Assembly: GCA_009692185.1 (NCBI GenBank)
Contig: SHZT01000008.1
Location: 35,910-99,909, forward strand
Origin: Gemmatimonadota bacterium
Lineage (GTDB): Bacteria; Gemmatimonadota; Gemmatimonadetes; Gemmatimonadales; GWC2-71-9
Reading direction: 5' to 3'
Length of the DNA: 64,000 bases
The position numbers were made by a program, and so were the translations under genes. Within the stretch, counting starts at the first letter, position 1. Every line of letters starts with the position of its first letter. Shown piece by piece: positions 1 through 9,045 of the stretch. The notes under the pieces are model-generated. The model saw only the letters and a program-made list of their open reading frames with translations, did not search any database and had not been told where the DNA came from.

Positions 1-1
1 G

Positions 2-499
2 ATCTTCTTCAGCGGACGCGGCGGGTGCGCCCGGTGTCACGGCGGCCCGCTGTTGGGCGGCACCACGTTCGCGAACGTCGGCATCCCGCAGATCGGGCCC
101 GGAACATCGTCGGCCCCCCCGCTGGACGTGGGGCGGGCCAACTTCACGTTTCGGGCGCCCATGTTGCGGAACGTCGAGCTGACCGCGCCCTACATGCACA
201 ACGGCGCGTACGCGACGCTGGAGGCGGTGGTGCGGCACTACAACGATGCATCAAACGACTTCCGGTCCTACGATCCTGCCCAGCTCGCCGCCGCCGTTCG
301 GCCGCAGTACCACGGGGACCAGGCCACGAAGGATGCCGTGCTGGCCACGTTGGATAACCGGGTGCGGAATCCGCTCAACCTGGCCGAGGGCGACATGGCG
401 GACCTGGTGACGTTCCTGAAGGCGCTGACCGACCCGGCGGCGCGGGACTTGGGCGCGCTTATCCCCTCGAGCGTCCCGAGCGGCCTGCCGATCCAGTAG
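2..499 (+). CDS. di-haem cytochrome c peroxidase / MauG family, C-terminal part (5' end lies outside the window)
   Basis: Frame is open from nt 2: IFFSGRGGCARCHGG (CxxCH haem motif), then FRAPMLRNVELTAPYMHNGAYATLEAVVRHY, the conserved CCP second-haem-domain pattern. Confidence 0.85.
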   Translation: MFFSGRGGCARCHGGPLLGGTTFANVGIPQIGPGTSSAPPLDVGRANFTFRAPMLRNVELTAPYMHNGAYATLEAVVRHYNDASNDFRSYDPAQLAAAVRPQYHGDQATKDAVLATLDNRVRNPLNLAEGDMADLVTFLKALTDPAARDLGALIPSSVPSGLPIQ

Positions 500-1070
500 A
501 GGGTTTCCGGGTCAGCTGCCCGATCCGCTGCCCCGCGGCGGAGTCCTTGAACAGCTGTGCCAGCCGCTTCACCTGCGTTTCTTCCCGCTTCGCGCTCATC
601 ACCCAGCGAATCGTTGTTTGCCGGTACCAGCGTGCCTGCTCCTGGAAAAACGTCCACGCCTTGGCCTTCGCCCGGAATCGCTTCTCGTACGCGGGCGCGA
701 ACGCGAGATCCTCATGCCGGTTCTCGTAGGAGTAGATCCCCGACTTTGCCGCCGATCGGGCCTGGAAGGCCGCCAGGCTTCATGAGGCGGAGCCGCGTGA
801 GCTCGGCGACCCTTCCGATGTTCACGTTGCTCCAGGTGCTGGTCTTCTTTCGGGGCGTGATACGGATCGAGTAGCTGTGCTCGTCGATCGTGCGGCGAAT
901 ACCGTCAATCCAGCCGAAACAGAGCACCTGGTCCACGAGCTCGGGCCACGTAATGCTCGAGTGGCCGGTGTCCCGCTTGTACAACCCGACGATGAGTTCG
1001 GTGTGGGAAGCGTGGTGCGTTTCCAGCCAGCGGCGAAGGTCGGCCGGAGACTTGAAAAACCGGAGCCCTG
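459..1070 (-). pseudogene. YdeI/OmpD-associated family gene interrupted by a frameshift near 775-783
   Basis: N-part FFKSPADLRRWLETHHASHTELIVGLYKRDTGHSSITWPELVDQVLCFGWIDG...LRLMKP. It continues only in another frame as LAAFQARSAAKSGIYSYENRHEDLAFAPAYEKRFRAKAKAWTFFQEQARWYRQTTIRWVMSAKREETQVKRLAQLFKDSAAGQRI. The start codon is uncertain. Confidence 0.7.
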
Positions 1071-2900
1071 TCAGCGCACCCTCACGGGAGCCGTGAAGAA
1101 CACGCTGGCACCGTCACGAAGAACGAAGCGAAGGACCCCCGGGGCGACCGGCCCGAACAGGAAGTCGTAGGTCTCTCCCACCGCCATGCGCTGGCTGGAC
1201 GGGCGCGGTCGCTGCGCGCCGATAGGGAGATCGCGTCCGTCCTTGGAGAGGGGCGTCCACGTGAGAACAGTCGTGTCTTGCAGCAATGCGACTTCGGCGT
1301 CGCCGGCGGAGGGAATCACCACGAACCGCAAGCGGGCGCGGGCGTCCCTCGTCAGCGTGAGCGTGTCCGCGACGACGCGCCCGTTCCACAAGACGCTCTC
1401 GGCTTCATCGCGACTGCCGATGACGATGACGTGATCATGCCGCGGGTCGAAGGTGTCACCGGGCTCGAGTACGAGCAGCGGCCCATAGAGGCCGTTTTCC
1501 ATCTGGCGGACGTCGTCGATGTGCGTGTGGTAGATGAACGTGCCGGCCCTCGGGGGTGTGAAACGAGCGACGAACGAATCACCCGGGGCGATGGTCGGCG
1601 CGAGCCGGAGCGGGTCTCCACTCAGTCCCGGAACGCCGTCGTAATAGCTCTCCAGCTCCATGCCGTGCCAGTGTACCGTCGTCGGCTCGCCGAGATGATT
1701 CACCACGGTGATGGCAGCCGGTTCGCCGCGCGTCAGGACGATCGGCGGTCCCGGGATCCGGATCGAGTCTGGAGCGGGCTCGGCCGGGCCCTCCTGGAGG
1801 GCGAAGCCCATGCCCAATGAGTCGCCGAACCAGCGCGCGTGAGACTGCGCGAGCAGTCGCAACCGGCGCGGTGTTGCCGGTGTCGGCGCGGCCCGCGGGG
1901 CCGCGGGTCGCACCATGATGGCGGTCACGAGGCCGCTCATGTGCTCCATGGCTCCGGGGGCGTGTTCGTCGAACGCGCCAAGGTGAAGGTCGGGTGACAC
2001 GTGAAACAGAATGTGGCAATGAGAGAGCCAGTTGCCGGGTCGCTCGGCGACCCAGGCTATGGCCATGGTCGTGCCTGACTGCATGGTTTCAGTGACGGCC
2101 CAGCGGCGCGCCCCTCGCGAGCCGTAGACCGTATCGCGCACCGCGTCTCCCCGGCTGTCCACCCGGAAGTAGAACTCGTGCAGATGCATCGGGTGCACGC
2201 GGTCACTGGCATTGATCCAGCGCCAGCGCACCGTGTCGCCCACGGTGAACGTGAACGGTTCGGTAAACGGGTACATCTTGCCGTTGATGGTGGGGACCTC
2301 ACGCTCCTCCCGCGTGCCGGCGATGTTCACCGAATCGATCCACACTCCCATGAGGAACAGGCGATCGGGACGCGCCCCCGGGGGGTCGACGACGATGATG
2401 CCTGACAGCTGGGTATCCACGGCCCGCCGCGCCTTCAGCGTCGACCCGTTCCGCGTCCCCCAATAGAAGAACGTTCCAGGGGTTACCGCCTGGAACTCCG
2501 CGGATCGGGTCTCACCGGAGGGGACAACGAGCGAATCTTCCCCGGCGCCGGAGTGATCGCCAAGGCCGTGCACCACGAGTGGCCCGTCGGCCAGGGTGTT
2601 CCGCAGGATGACCCGCACCTTCGTGCCTGCCGGAACCAGCACGACCGGCCCCGGGTTCGTGAGTGCCTTGCCCTGTTCGCCGAAGGCAGCGACGTGTAAG
2701 CCTGCGCTGTCCTCCGCCTCGGGGTGCCAGATACCGTCGGCCGCCTCGAGGCGCAGCACGAGGATGCCACCCCGCAATTGCCCCGCGGGGTGTCGGTTGT
2801 CGTTTGCCAGAATCGGAACTTGAGCGGGGAGTTGCGTTGGGAAGAGCGCCGTGAGGAGCAGCGCGAGGAGACGCGTATGTCCGAGAGGGTGTTTGGGCAT
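1071..2900 (-). CDS. secreted multicopper oxidase (MCO-1)
   Basis: Copper-site motifs VHWHGMEL, YHTHIDD, HPMHLHEFYF and SHCHILFH. Signal peptide MPKHPLGHTRLLALLLTALFPTQLPAQ. An alternative TTG start lies at 2942. Confidence 0.85.
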   Translation of the reverse strand: MPKHPLGHTRLLALLLTALFPTQLPAQVPILANDNRHPAGQLRGGILVLRLEAADGIWHPEAEDSAGLHVAAFGEQGKALTNPGPVVLVPAGTKVRVILRNTLADGPLVVHGLGDHSGAGEDSLVVPSGETRSAEFQAVTPGTFFYWGTRNGSTLKARRAVDTQLSGIIVVDPPGARPDRLFLMGVWIDSVNIAGTREEREVPTINGKMYPFTEPFTFTVGDTVRWRWINASDRVHPMHLHEFYFRVDSRGDAVRDTVYGSRGARRWAVTETMQSGTTMAIAWVAERPGNWLSHCHILFHVSPDLHLGAFDEHAPGAMEHMSGLVTAIMVRPAAPRAAPTPATPRRLRLLAQSHARWFGDSLGMGFALQEGPAEPAPDSIRIPGPPIVLTRGEPAAITVVNHLGEPTTVHWHGMELESYYDGVPGLSGDPLRLAPTIAPGDSFVARFTPPRAGTFIYHTHIDDVRQMENGLYGPLLVLEPGDTFDPRHDHVIVIGSRDEAESVLWNGRVVADTLTLTRDARARLRFVVIPSAGDAEVALLQDTTVLTWTPLSKDGRDLPIGAQRPRPSSQRMAVGETYDFLFGPVAPGVLRFVLRDGASVFFTAPVRVR

Positions 2901-2938
2901 CTGGTCGGCGTGGAAGGTCGCCGGGCCTGCCTTGAGCG

Positions 2939-3454
2939 TCAATCCGAGAGGCCTCTGATCACCGCGACCAGGCTCAAGACGCCGATGACCACTCCCAGGG
3001 CGATCTTGGCGGCGGCCGCCGCGGCTTGCCCCAGCATGGCGCCCCAGCCTGCCGCCACTGCGGAATCAGCGCGCATCGAGTAGGTGTATTCGAACACCGC
3101 CGCGCCGGCGAATGACCCGACGAATGCGCCGATGACGCTGCCGATGACCGGGACCGGCACGCCCACCACGGCCCCCACCAGGCCGCCGATCAGGGCGCCC
3201 CACGCCGCCCGGTTGGAGGCGCCGTAGCGGCGGGCGAACCGGAAGCCCAGCCAGCTCTCGACGATCTCGCCGAGAAACGCGAGGGCCAGCGCTATCGTAA
3301 TGGTCCAGACGCCCACGGACCGGAAGTCCGTGAGCCAGCCGTAGCCCAGGAGCCCGATGACCATGACCCAGAGCCCGGGCAGGCCGAGCGGGACCAGGAG
3401 CAGGCCAATGATGGCGCAGAGGGTCAGGAGGAGGATCGCGATAGTGTCGGTCAC
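2939..3454 (-). CDS. DUF456-family small membrane protein
   Basis: Gly/Ala-rich multi-TM protein: LLLVPLGLPGLWVMVIGLLGYGW...RFARRYGASNRAAWGALIGGLVGAVVG. Start is GTG 3454 or an alternative at 3484. Confidence 0.65.
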   Translation of the reverse strand: MTDTIAILLLTLCAIIGLLLVPLGLPGLWVMVIGLLGYGWLTDFRSVGVWTITIALALAFLGEIVESWLGFRFARRYGASNRAAWGALIGGLVGAVVGVPVPVIGSVIGAFVGSFAGAAVFEYTYSMRADSAVAAGWGAMLGQAAAAAAKIALGVVIGVLSLVAVIRGLSD

Positions 3455-3460
3455 GGTAGA

Positions 3461-4822
3461 TTGTGTCCAAGCTCCACGAGACAACCGAATCTGACAACCC
3501 CGCCCGCCGGCCCCGACCAGGAAACCCCATCACCGCTTGCCGCGGCGCTGGCGGCCGTGCCTTTGCCCTTGACGCTGGGCGACCGCCCCGGAGACGACCA
3601 GCGGCGCGAACGGCTCAAGGTGATGAAGCGCCGGGCGACCGGCCTCATCGTGCTTGCAGGCGTGGTGTACATCATTGCCCGGGTGTTCGATGACCTTGCT
3701 CCCTGGGTCGGCTTTGTCCGGGCGACCGCGGAGGCCTCACTCGTGGGCGGGTTGGCCGACTGGTTCGCGGTCACCGCCTTGTTCCGCCGTCCATTGGGCA
3801 TCCCCATTCCCCACACCGCCATCGTTGCCACCCAGAAGGATCGTATCGGGCGTATCCTCGGCAATTTCGTCCAGAACCATTTCCTCTCGCGCGAGACCCT
3901 GGCCACCGAGCTTCGGGCCATTCGCCTGTCCGAGCGTGTGAGCCGCTGGCTCACTGAGCCGGAAAACAGCACCCGCATTGCCCGGCAAATGGTCACCGGC
4001 CTCTCCAAGACCATCGAGGCCATGCCCGAGGGCGAGATCCGGGAACTCATCAAGCAGAGCGCGGTCGCGCGACTCCAGAAGGTGCGGCTGGCGCCGGTGT
4101 TCGGCAACATGCTCACGCTGGTCACGACGGATAACCGGCACCAGGAGTTACTGAACGACGTCATTCGCCTGGTGGGGCAGGCGATCCAGGACAACCGCGA
4201 CACGATCCGCGAGCGGATCCGCCAGCGGAGTCCCTGGTGGGTGCCCGGGGCCGTGGACGAAGCCATCTACAAGAAGCTGCTCGCGGCGATTGAGGACTTG
4301 CTCAGGGAGGTCCAGGCTACCCAGCATCATCCGCTCCGAAAGAAGTTTGACGCGGCGCTGACCCGGTTCATCGACCAGCTGAAGCACTCGCCGGACCTGA
4401 ATGCCAAGGCCGAGGCGATGAAGGAGCACCTGTTGTCCCAGCCGATCATCGAGGAGCTGGCGGGTTCACTGTGGGACGCCGCCCGCCGGGCCGCGGCCCG
4501 CTACAAGGATGCGCCCCAGGATGCGCCCGAGGGATTGGGACGCGGGATCAGTGCCGCAGGAGAGTCGCTGCTGGCCAACGAGCCGTTGCTCAAGGATCTC
4601 GACGATTTCCTGATTGGATTGGTGTCAACGGCGGCGGAGCGTCACCGGCAGGAGGTTGGCGAGTTGATTGCCCGGACGGTGAGCGCGTGGGATCCAGACG
4701 TGGCCGTCCGCCGGCTCGAACTGGCCGTCGGGCCGGACCTGCAGTACATCCGGATGAACGGCACGCTGGTGGGTGGACTGGTGGGGTTGATCATCCACAC
4801 GATCTCGGTGCTGCTGGGTTGA
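3461..4822 (+). CDS. DUF445 (YjiN-like) membrane protein
   Basis: LADWFAVTALFRRPLGIPIPHTAIVATQKDRIGRILGNFVQNHFLS plus a C-terminal TM (MNGTLVGGLVGLIIHTISVLLG). The TTG start at 3461 is uncertain. Confidence 0.75.
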   Translation: MCPSSTRQPNLTTPPAGPDQETPSPLAAALAAVPLPLTLGDRPGDDQRRERLKVMKRRATGLIVLAGVVYIIARVFDDLAPWVGFVRATAEASLVGGLADWFAVTALFRRPLGIPIPHTAIVATQKDRIGRILGNFVQNHFLSRETLATELRAIRLSERVSRWLTEPENSTRIARQMVTGLSKTIEAMPEGEIRELIKQSAVARLQKVRLAPVFGNMLTLVTTDNRHQELLNDVIRLVGQAIQDNRDTIRERIRQRSPWWVPGAVDEAIYKKLLAAIEDLLREVQATQHHPLRKKFDAALTRFIDQLKHSPDLNAKAEAMKEHLLSQPIIEELAGSLWDAARRAAARYKDAPQDAPEGLGRGISAAGESLLANEPLLKDLDDFLIGLVSTAAERHRQEVGELIARTVSAWDPDVAVRRLELAVGPDLQYIRMNGTLVGGLVGLIIHTISVLLG

Positions 4823-4917
4823 AGTCGCCCTCCATTGAGTCACGGCGCGTAACTCGATACCTTCGTTACACATGAACGGCGGTGCGCCCCGCGTTTGGTA
4901 CTCAAAGGAGTTTCTGA

Positions 4918-5622
4918 CTGGCCAAGGTTTCTGAGCTCATCGACCAAGCCAGCGCCCTCGAAAAACAGGGCGAGATCGCCAAGGCATTGGCGATCTACCG
5001 GCATATCCTCCCGCACCTCAAGAGTGCGCCGGCGGTTGCGGCGGACTTGTCCCTGAAGGCCGGGGATCTCACGCTGAAATCCGGTGATGTCAAAGGCGCC
5101 CTCCAGTGGTACGCGCGGGCGGGCGACCTGTGCGCGTCCATGGGGAACGCCGAGGCGGTGATCACCGCGGCGGGCCGTATTCAAAACGCCGACCCCGACA
5201 AGACCGATGCCTACCTGACGCTCGGCAAGCGGATGGTCGATGCCGGACACGCCGGCCCGGCCGTCGACGTGCTCATCGAGCACGCCAAGCGCGCACACCT
5301 CGACGACATGCTGCAGGAACTGGGGGCTCTTTCGGGCCGCCCGAGCGAGGACATCAAGCAGCTCGTCTCAATGCTGTTCGAGGGCGCGGTCACGACCGTC
5401 GCTGAGGCGCCGGCCCCGCGGCCTCGTTCAACATCCGGAACCCGGATTTCAGCCTCGCGTCGCTCCGCGGCAACGCGGTGTTCCGCTGGGAGTTCAGGCC
5501 CGGCTCGGTGGTCTACCTGGCGTGGACCCACAGCCGGAGCGACAACGAGCGGTTCGGCGATCTCCGGCTCTCCCGCGACATGGGCGGCCTGCTCGATGCG
5601 CGGGGGGACAACATCTTGTTGA
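4918..5622 (+). CDS. hypothetical helical-repeat (TPR-like) protein; apparent CTG start; 3' third probably non-native read-through
   Basis: Open frame starts directly after TGA (4915-4917) with CTG, 7 nt after AAGGAG (4905-4910): (M)AKVSELIDQASALEKQGEIAKALAIYRHILPHL. After about nt 5400 the translation turns Arg/Ser/Gly-rich and overlaps a gene remnant in another frame. Confidence 0.45.
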   Translation: MAKVSELIDQASALEKQGEIAKALAIYRHILPHLKSAPAVAADLSLKAGDLTLKSGDVKGALQWYARAGDLCASMGNAEAVITAAGRIQNADPDKTDAYLTLGKRMVDAGHAGPAVDVLIEHAKRAHLDDMLQELGALSGRPSEDIKQLVSMLFEGAVTTVAEAPAPRPRSTSGTRISASRRSAATRCSAGSSGPARWSTWRGPTAGATTSGSAISGSPATWAACSMRGGTTSC

Positions 5623-5651
5623 TGAAAGTGGTGTGGTGGCTGGCGCTCTGA
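5406..5651 (+). pseudogene. orphan C-terminal remnant of a DUF5916-type outer-membrane protein
   Basis: No usable start. Translation FNIRNPDFSLASLRGNAVFRWEFRPGSVVYLAWTHSRSDNERFGDLRLSRDMGGLLDARGDNILLMKVVWWLAL* is collinear with the C-terminus of the intact DUF5916 gene (LSFRSNIVLRWEWARGSTFFLIWQQNRR...GDNFLAVKITYWIAAR, ends 24478). Confidence 0.7.
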
Positions 5652-5670
5652 GCTGAGATTCTGGAAGAAA

Positions 5671-5703
5671 GAAGGGCGGCGGTCCCGCTGGCCGCCGCCC
5701 TTC
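5671..5703. terminator. GC-rich hairpin between convergent genes (bidirectional terminator candidate)
   Basis: GAAGGGCGGCGG - 9 nt loop - CCGCCGCCCTTC, a 12-bp stem. A-rich on the left and CGTGTTTCT on the right. Confidence 0.6.
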
Positions 5704-5725
5704 GTGTTTCTGGTGTGCGTGGACG

Positions 5726-6640
5726 CTACTTGTGCTTGATGAACGTCCCGTCCCGCAGGTCGCTCATCGCGCGCCGTAGCTCTGCATCCGTATTCATGAC
5801 AATGGGGCCATACCACGCCACCGGTTCCTGCAGCGGCTTGCCGGAGACGAGCAGGAAACGGATTCCTTCGTCGCCCGCCTGGACGGTGACTTCGTCCCCC
5901 CGGTCGAACAGCACCAGGGAGCGGTTGCCGGTCTTGTCGAGCACGGTGTCACCGGCCACGCCGGTTTCGCCCACTTGCTCCGTCTGGACGGCGCGCGGAC
6001 CCGAAGCGTCGCGGAACGAGCCCGAACCCTCGAACACGTACGCGAAGGCATGACGCTCGGTCTCGACCTTGAGCGTTTTTCTCTTCCCGGCCGGGACCCA
6101 CACGTCCAGATACCGCGGATCAGCGGTCACGCCCTCGATCGGACCCCTCCTTCCGCCGAACTCACCGCACACCACCCGCACGCTCGTGCCGTCATCGTCC
6201 ACGACGACGGGGATGTCCTTGCCCTGCACGTCCTGGTAGCGGGGGTCGGTCATCTTGAGCGACGATGGGAGGTTGGCCCAGAGCTGGAACCCGTGCATGC
6301 GGCCCTTGGGGTCACCCTTGGGCATTTCCTGGTGAAGAATGCCGCTGCCCGCCGTCATCCACTGCACGTCGCCCGCTCCCAGCGTGCCACGATTACCGAG
6401 GCTGTCACCGTGGGCCACGGTGCCCGTCAATACGTACGTGATGGTTTCGATGCCCCGGTGCGGATGCCAGGGGAACCCGGCGAGAAACGCTTCGGGGCTG
6501 TCATTCCTGAAGTCATCGAAGAGGAGAAACGGATCGAACTCGTCGGTCTTGCCGAACCCGAACGCCCGGCGGAGATGCACGCCGGCGCCCTCGACAGTCG
6601 GTTGCGCCTGGACAATGCTCTTGATTGGCCGAATGGACAC
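5726..6640 (-). CDS. pirin family protein
   Basis: GAGVHLRRAFGF...FLLFDDF...GFPWHPHRGIETITYVLTGTVAHGDSLGN...WMTAGSGILHQEMP, the pirin cupin signature. Confidence 0.9.
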   Translation of the reverse strand: MSIRPIKSIVQAQPTVEGAGVHLRRAFGFGKTDEFDPFLLFDDFRNDSPEAFLAGFPWHPHRGIETITYVLTGTVAHGDSLGNRGTLGAGDVQWMTAGSGILHQEMPKGDPKGRMHGFQLWANLPSSLKMTDPRYQDVQGKDIPVVVDDDGTSVRVVCGEFGGRRGPIEGVTADPRYLDVWVPAGKRKTLKVETERHAFAYVFEGSGSFRDASGPRAVQTEQVGETGVAGDTVLDKTGNRSLVLFDRGDEVTVQAGDEGIRFLLVSGKPLQEPVAWYGPIVMNTDAELRRAMSDLRDGTFIKHK

Positions 6641-6652
6641 CGCGCAGTCCTC

Positions 6653-7039
6653 CTATTGTATCGTGCCGACGTTGAGGTGGGCCCAGACCACCCGCGAGTA
6701 CCGCCACAGTTGAGGCACCAACGGCAGGTGTACCGCGAGTGCGACCGCGAAGCCGGCTGCCTGGCCGATCCGCGGCGCGAGCCAGAACTGCGCCAGCAGG
6801 GCGAACACGGCGAATGTCGCGGAGGCGAGCACGTAGCTCACGTACATCGCACCCTGGAAGAACCCCTGCTCGCGCTCGAACGTGTGCCCGCACACCGGGC
6901 ACGTGTCGTTCATGCGGAGCACGCTCCGGTACATGGAGCCCTGGAAGCAGACCGGGCAACGTTGGCCGGCGATGGCCCGCACCCGCTCGGCGGAGAGCCA
7001 CTTGGTCGCGCGCCTCGTACCACGCTCCGGGGTAACCAC
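6653..7039 (-). CDS. DUF983 family protein (zinc-ribbon plus 2 TM)
   Basis: CPVCFQGSMY...CPVCGHTFEREQGFFQGAMYVSYVLASATFAVFALL. Confidence 0.75.
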   Translation of the reverse strand: MVTPERGTRRATKWLSAERVRAIAGQRCPVCFQGSMYRSVLRMNDTCPVCGHTFEREQGFFQGAMYVSYVLASATFAVFALLAQFWLAPRIGQAAGFAVALAVHLPLVPQLWRYSRVVWAHLNVGTIQ

Positions 7040-7096
7040 GCTGGCTTGGTTGACCCTATGCGGAGAACGCTACGGGTGCCGTCCGGGTTCCCATAT

Positions 7097-7762
7097 CTAA
7101 CTCAGGACGACGTCCGCGGCCGCCGAGATATCGGCCACGACGTGTGTGTGGGGGGCGGCCTCCAGCGCCGCCCGGTTATGAGCCCCCGTGAGGACGCCGA
7201 TCCGCCACGCGGCCCCGGCTCTTGCACCGGCCTCGAGGTCGAGCCGCGTGTCGCCAATCACCGCGACCTCCGTGGCGTTCCCCACCGCGGTGATTTCCAT
7301 GGCCCGGAGTATCATGTCGGGCGCCGGGCGGCCGTTCAGGACATCCTCTGCGCACACGATGGCGTCGAACGTTCCCGGTGCCCAGCCGGTAGAGCCCAGA
7401 ACCAAGTTCACGATATCCCGGTCGAAGCCGGAGTTGAGCGCCAGGCGGATGCCAGCGGCCTTGAGCCGGGCAAACGTCGCGGCGGAACCGGCGAATGCGA
7501 GGTCGGGGGCGGCCGCGAACCGGGCCTTCAGCGCGGCAGAGAAGGTGTCGTAGGCAACAGCCGCCGCGGTCGTCGGCAAGCCCTGCCGGGCTGCGAGGCG
7601 CTGGAGAACGTCCCGCTTTGAGGCGCCGCGCCAGCGTTCCACCTCGGCGGGCTCGAACGCGATCCCCGCCTTCTCGAGGGCGGTCGTGAACGCGGCTACG
7701 ACCTCGCCGCGGTCGCGGATGGTCGTGCCGCCAAGATCGAAAACGACGAGACTGGGTGTCAT
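7097..7762 (-). CDS. HAD-superfamily hydrolase (phosphonatase/phosphatase-like)
   Basis: MTPSLVVFDLGGTTIRD (DxG/DxT motif I), LNSGF, IGDTRLDLEAGARAG (motif IV). The longer track ORF to 8380 is an implausible extension. Confidence 0.8.
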   Translation of the reverse strand: MTPSLVVFDLGGTTIRDRGEVVAAFTTALEKAGIAFEPAEVERWRGASKRDVLQRLAARQGLPTTAAAVAYDTFSAALKARFAAAPDLAFAGSAATFARLKAAGIRLALNSGFDRDIVNLVLGSTGWAPGTFDAIVCAEDVLNGRPAPDMILRAMEITAVGNATEVAVIGDTRLDLEAGARAGAAWRIGVLTGAHNRAALEAAPHTHVVADISAAADVVLS

Positions 7763-7823
7763 GGCTGTTCCTGATGAGATTGTAGCGGCTTGCACGCGGG
7801 TTGTCTTGTTCGGAAGGGTTTGG

Positions 7824-9041
7824 GTGAAACGGATCGTAGTGGTGGGCGCCGGCGCGGCGGGGACGATGGCCGCGATCTTCGCGGCATCGGGCGGGGCGGA
7901 GACGACGCTCCTGGAAAGCACCTCCGACGGCGGCCGGAAGATCCTGATTTCCGGGGGCGGCAGGTGCAACATCCTGCCCGCGCGGCTGGACGAATCGCGC
8001 TTCGTGACGGACTCCTCTCCTAACACGCTCCGGAAGATCGTCCGTTCGTGGCCCCTGCCCGAACAGATCGCGTTCTTCGAGCGGGAATTGTCCCTGCCAC
8101 TCGTCGAAGAGACCGAGTCGGGCAAGCTCTTCCCTGCATCCAACCACGCCCGCGACGTGCGGGACGGCTTGTTGGCGCTGGCGGCGCGAACAGGCGTGCG
8201 GTTCCGCCCCAACACCACGGTGACAGGTGCGTCACCGGCCCCCTCCGGCTGGCGCGTCGAACAAGCATCGGGAGAGGCGCTGGAGGCAGACGCGTTGATC
8301 CTCGCGACCGGTGGCCTGTCGGTGCCCAAGACGGGGAGTGACGGGCGGGGGCTCAAGATCGCCGAGGCGCTCGGCCACACGATGCACCCGACCTATGCCG
8401 CCTTGACGCCGCTCACCGCCGAGCCCCCCAAGTACGCCCATCTCTCCGGTGTGTCGCTCACGGTGACCATCACGGCCAGGGACGGTGACCGTGAAGCCGA
8501 AGCAACCGGTGGGTTCCTCTTTACCCATCACGGATACAGCGGGCCCTCGGTGCTCGATGTCTCCCATGTCGCGGTCCGGTCGGTGGGTGCGTCCGCGAAG
8601 GTCCGCGTGAAATGGACCCCGCTCGATGCCGCCCAGTGGGAAGCCGCGTTGAAGCCCGACGGGACCAGGACCGTGATGAGCGTGCTTCGGGGAAAGGTGC
8701 CGGATCGCCTGGCCTTGGCGCTCGCGAGCACGGCGAACGTGGATCCGGGCCGGACCCTGGCGCAGCTGAAACGCGAAGAACGGCTGGCGCTGATCGAGAT
8801 CATGGTCCGCGGTGGTCTCCCGTGGACCGGTCACGAGGGCTACAAGAAGGCGGAGGTGACGGGCGGCGGCGTGAGCCTGGCGGAGGTTGACCCGCGCACC
8901 ATGGAAAGCCGCAAGCATCCCGGCCTCTTTCTGTGCGGCGAAATGCTCGACGCCTTTGGCCCCATAGGCGGCTACAACTTCCTGTGGGCCTGGGCGACGG
9001 GGAAGGCGGCGGGGCTGGGCGCGGCGCGCGGCTCGGAATAG
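7824..9041 (+). CDS. NAD(P)/FAD-dependent oxidoreductase, HI0933/BaiN-like flavoprotein
   Basis: VKRIVVVGAGAAGTMAAIFAA...GGRKILISGGGRCNILP...FLCGEMLDAFGPIGGYNFLWAWATG. GTG 7824 follows GGAAGGG. An in-frame ATG at 7761 is the alternative. Confidence 0.8.
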   Translation: MKRIVVVGAGAAGTMAAIFAASGGAETTLLESTSDGGRKILISGGGRCNILPARLDESRFVTDSSPNTLRKIVRSWPLPEQIAFFERELSLPLVEETESGKLFPASNHARDVRDGLLALAARTGVRFRPNTTVTGASPAPSGWRVEQASGEALEADALILATGGLSVPKTGSDGRGLKIAEALGHTMHPTYAALTPLTAEPPKYAHLSGVSLTVTITARDGDREAEATGGFLFTHHGYSGPSVLDVSHVAVRSVGASAKVRVKWTPLDAAQWEAALKPDGTRTVMSVLRGKVPDRLALALASTANVDPGRTLAQLKREERLALIEIMVRGGLPWTGHEGYKKAEVTGGGVSLAEVDPRTMESRKHPGLFLCGEMLDAFGPIGGYNFLWAWATGKAAGLGAARGSE

Positions 9042-9045
9042 CGGG

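Noticed and set aside
5975-7621. 548-aa plus-strand ORF spanning the pirin, DUF983 and HAD loci
   Set aside because: It is antisense to three well-supported minus-strand genes. The translation is Arg/Gly/His/Pro-rich with no motif. This is a typical high-GC shadow ORF.
7760-7763. Divergent HAD and flavoprotein genes sharing a CATG (overlapping start codons)
   Set aside because: The flavoprotein more likely starts at GTG 7824, which has an upstream GGAAGGG and sits immediately before the GxGxxG fold. That makes the overlap an ORF-calling artefact.
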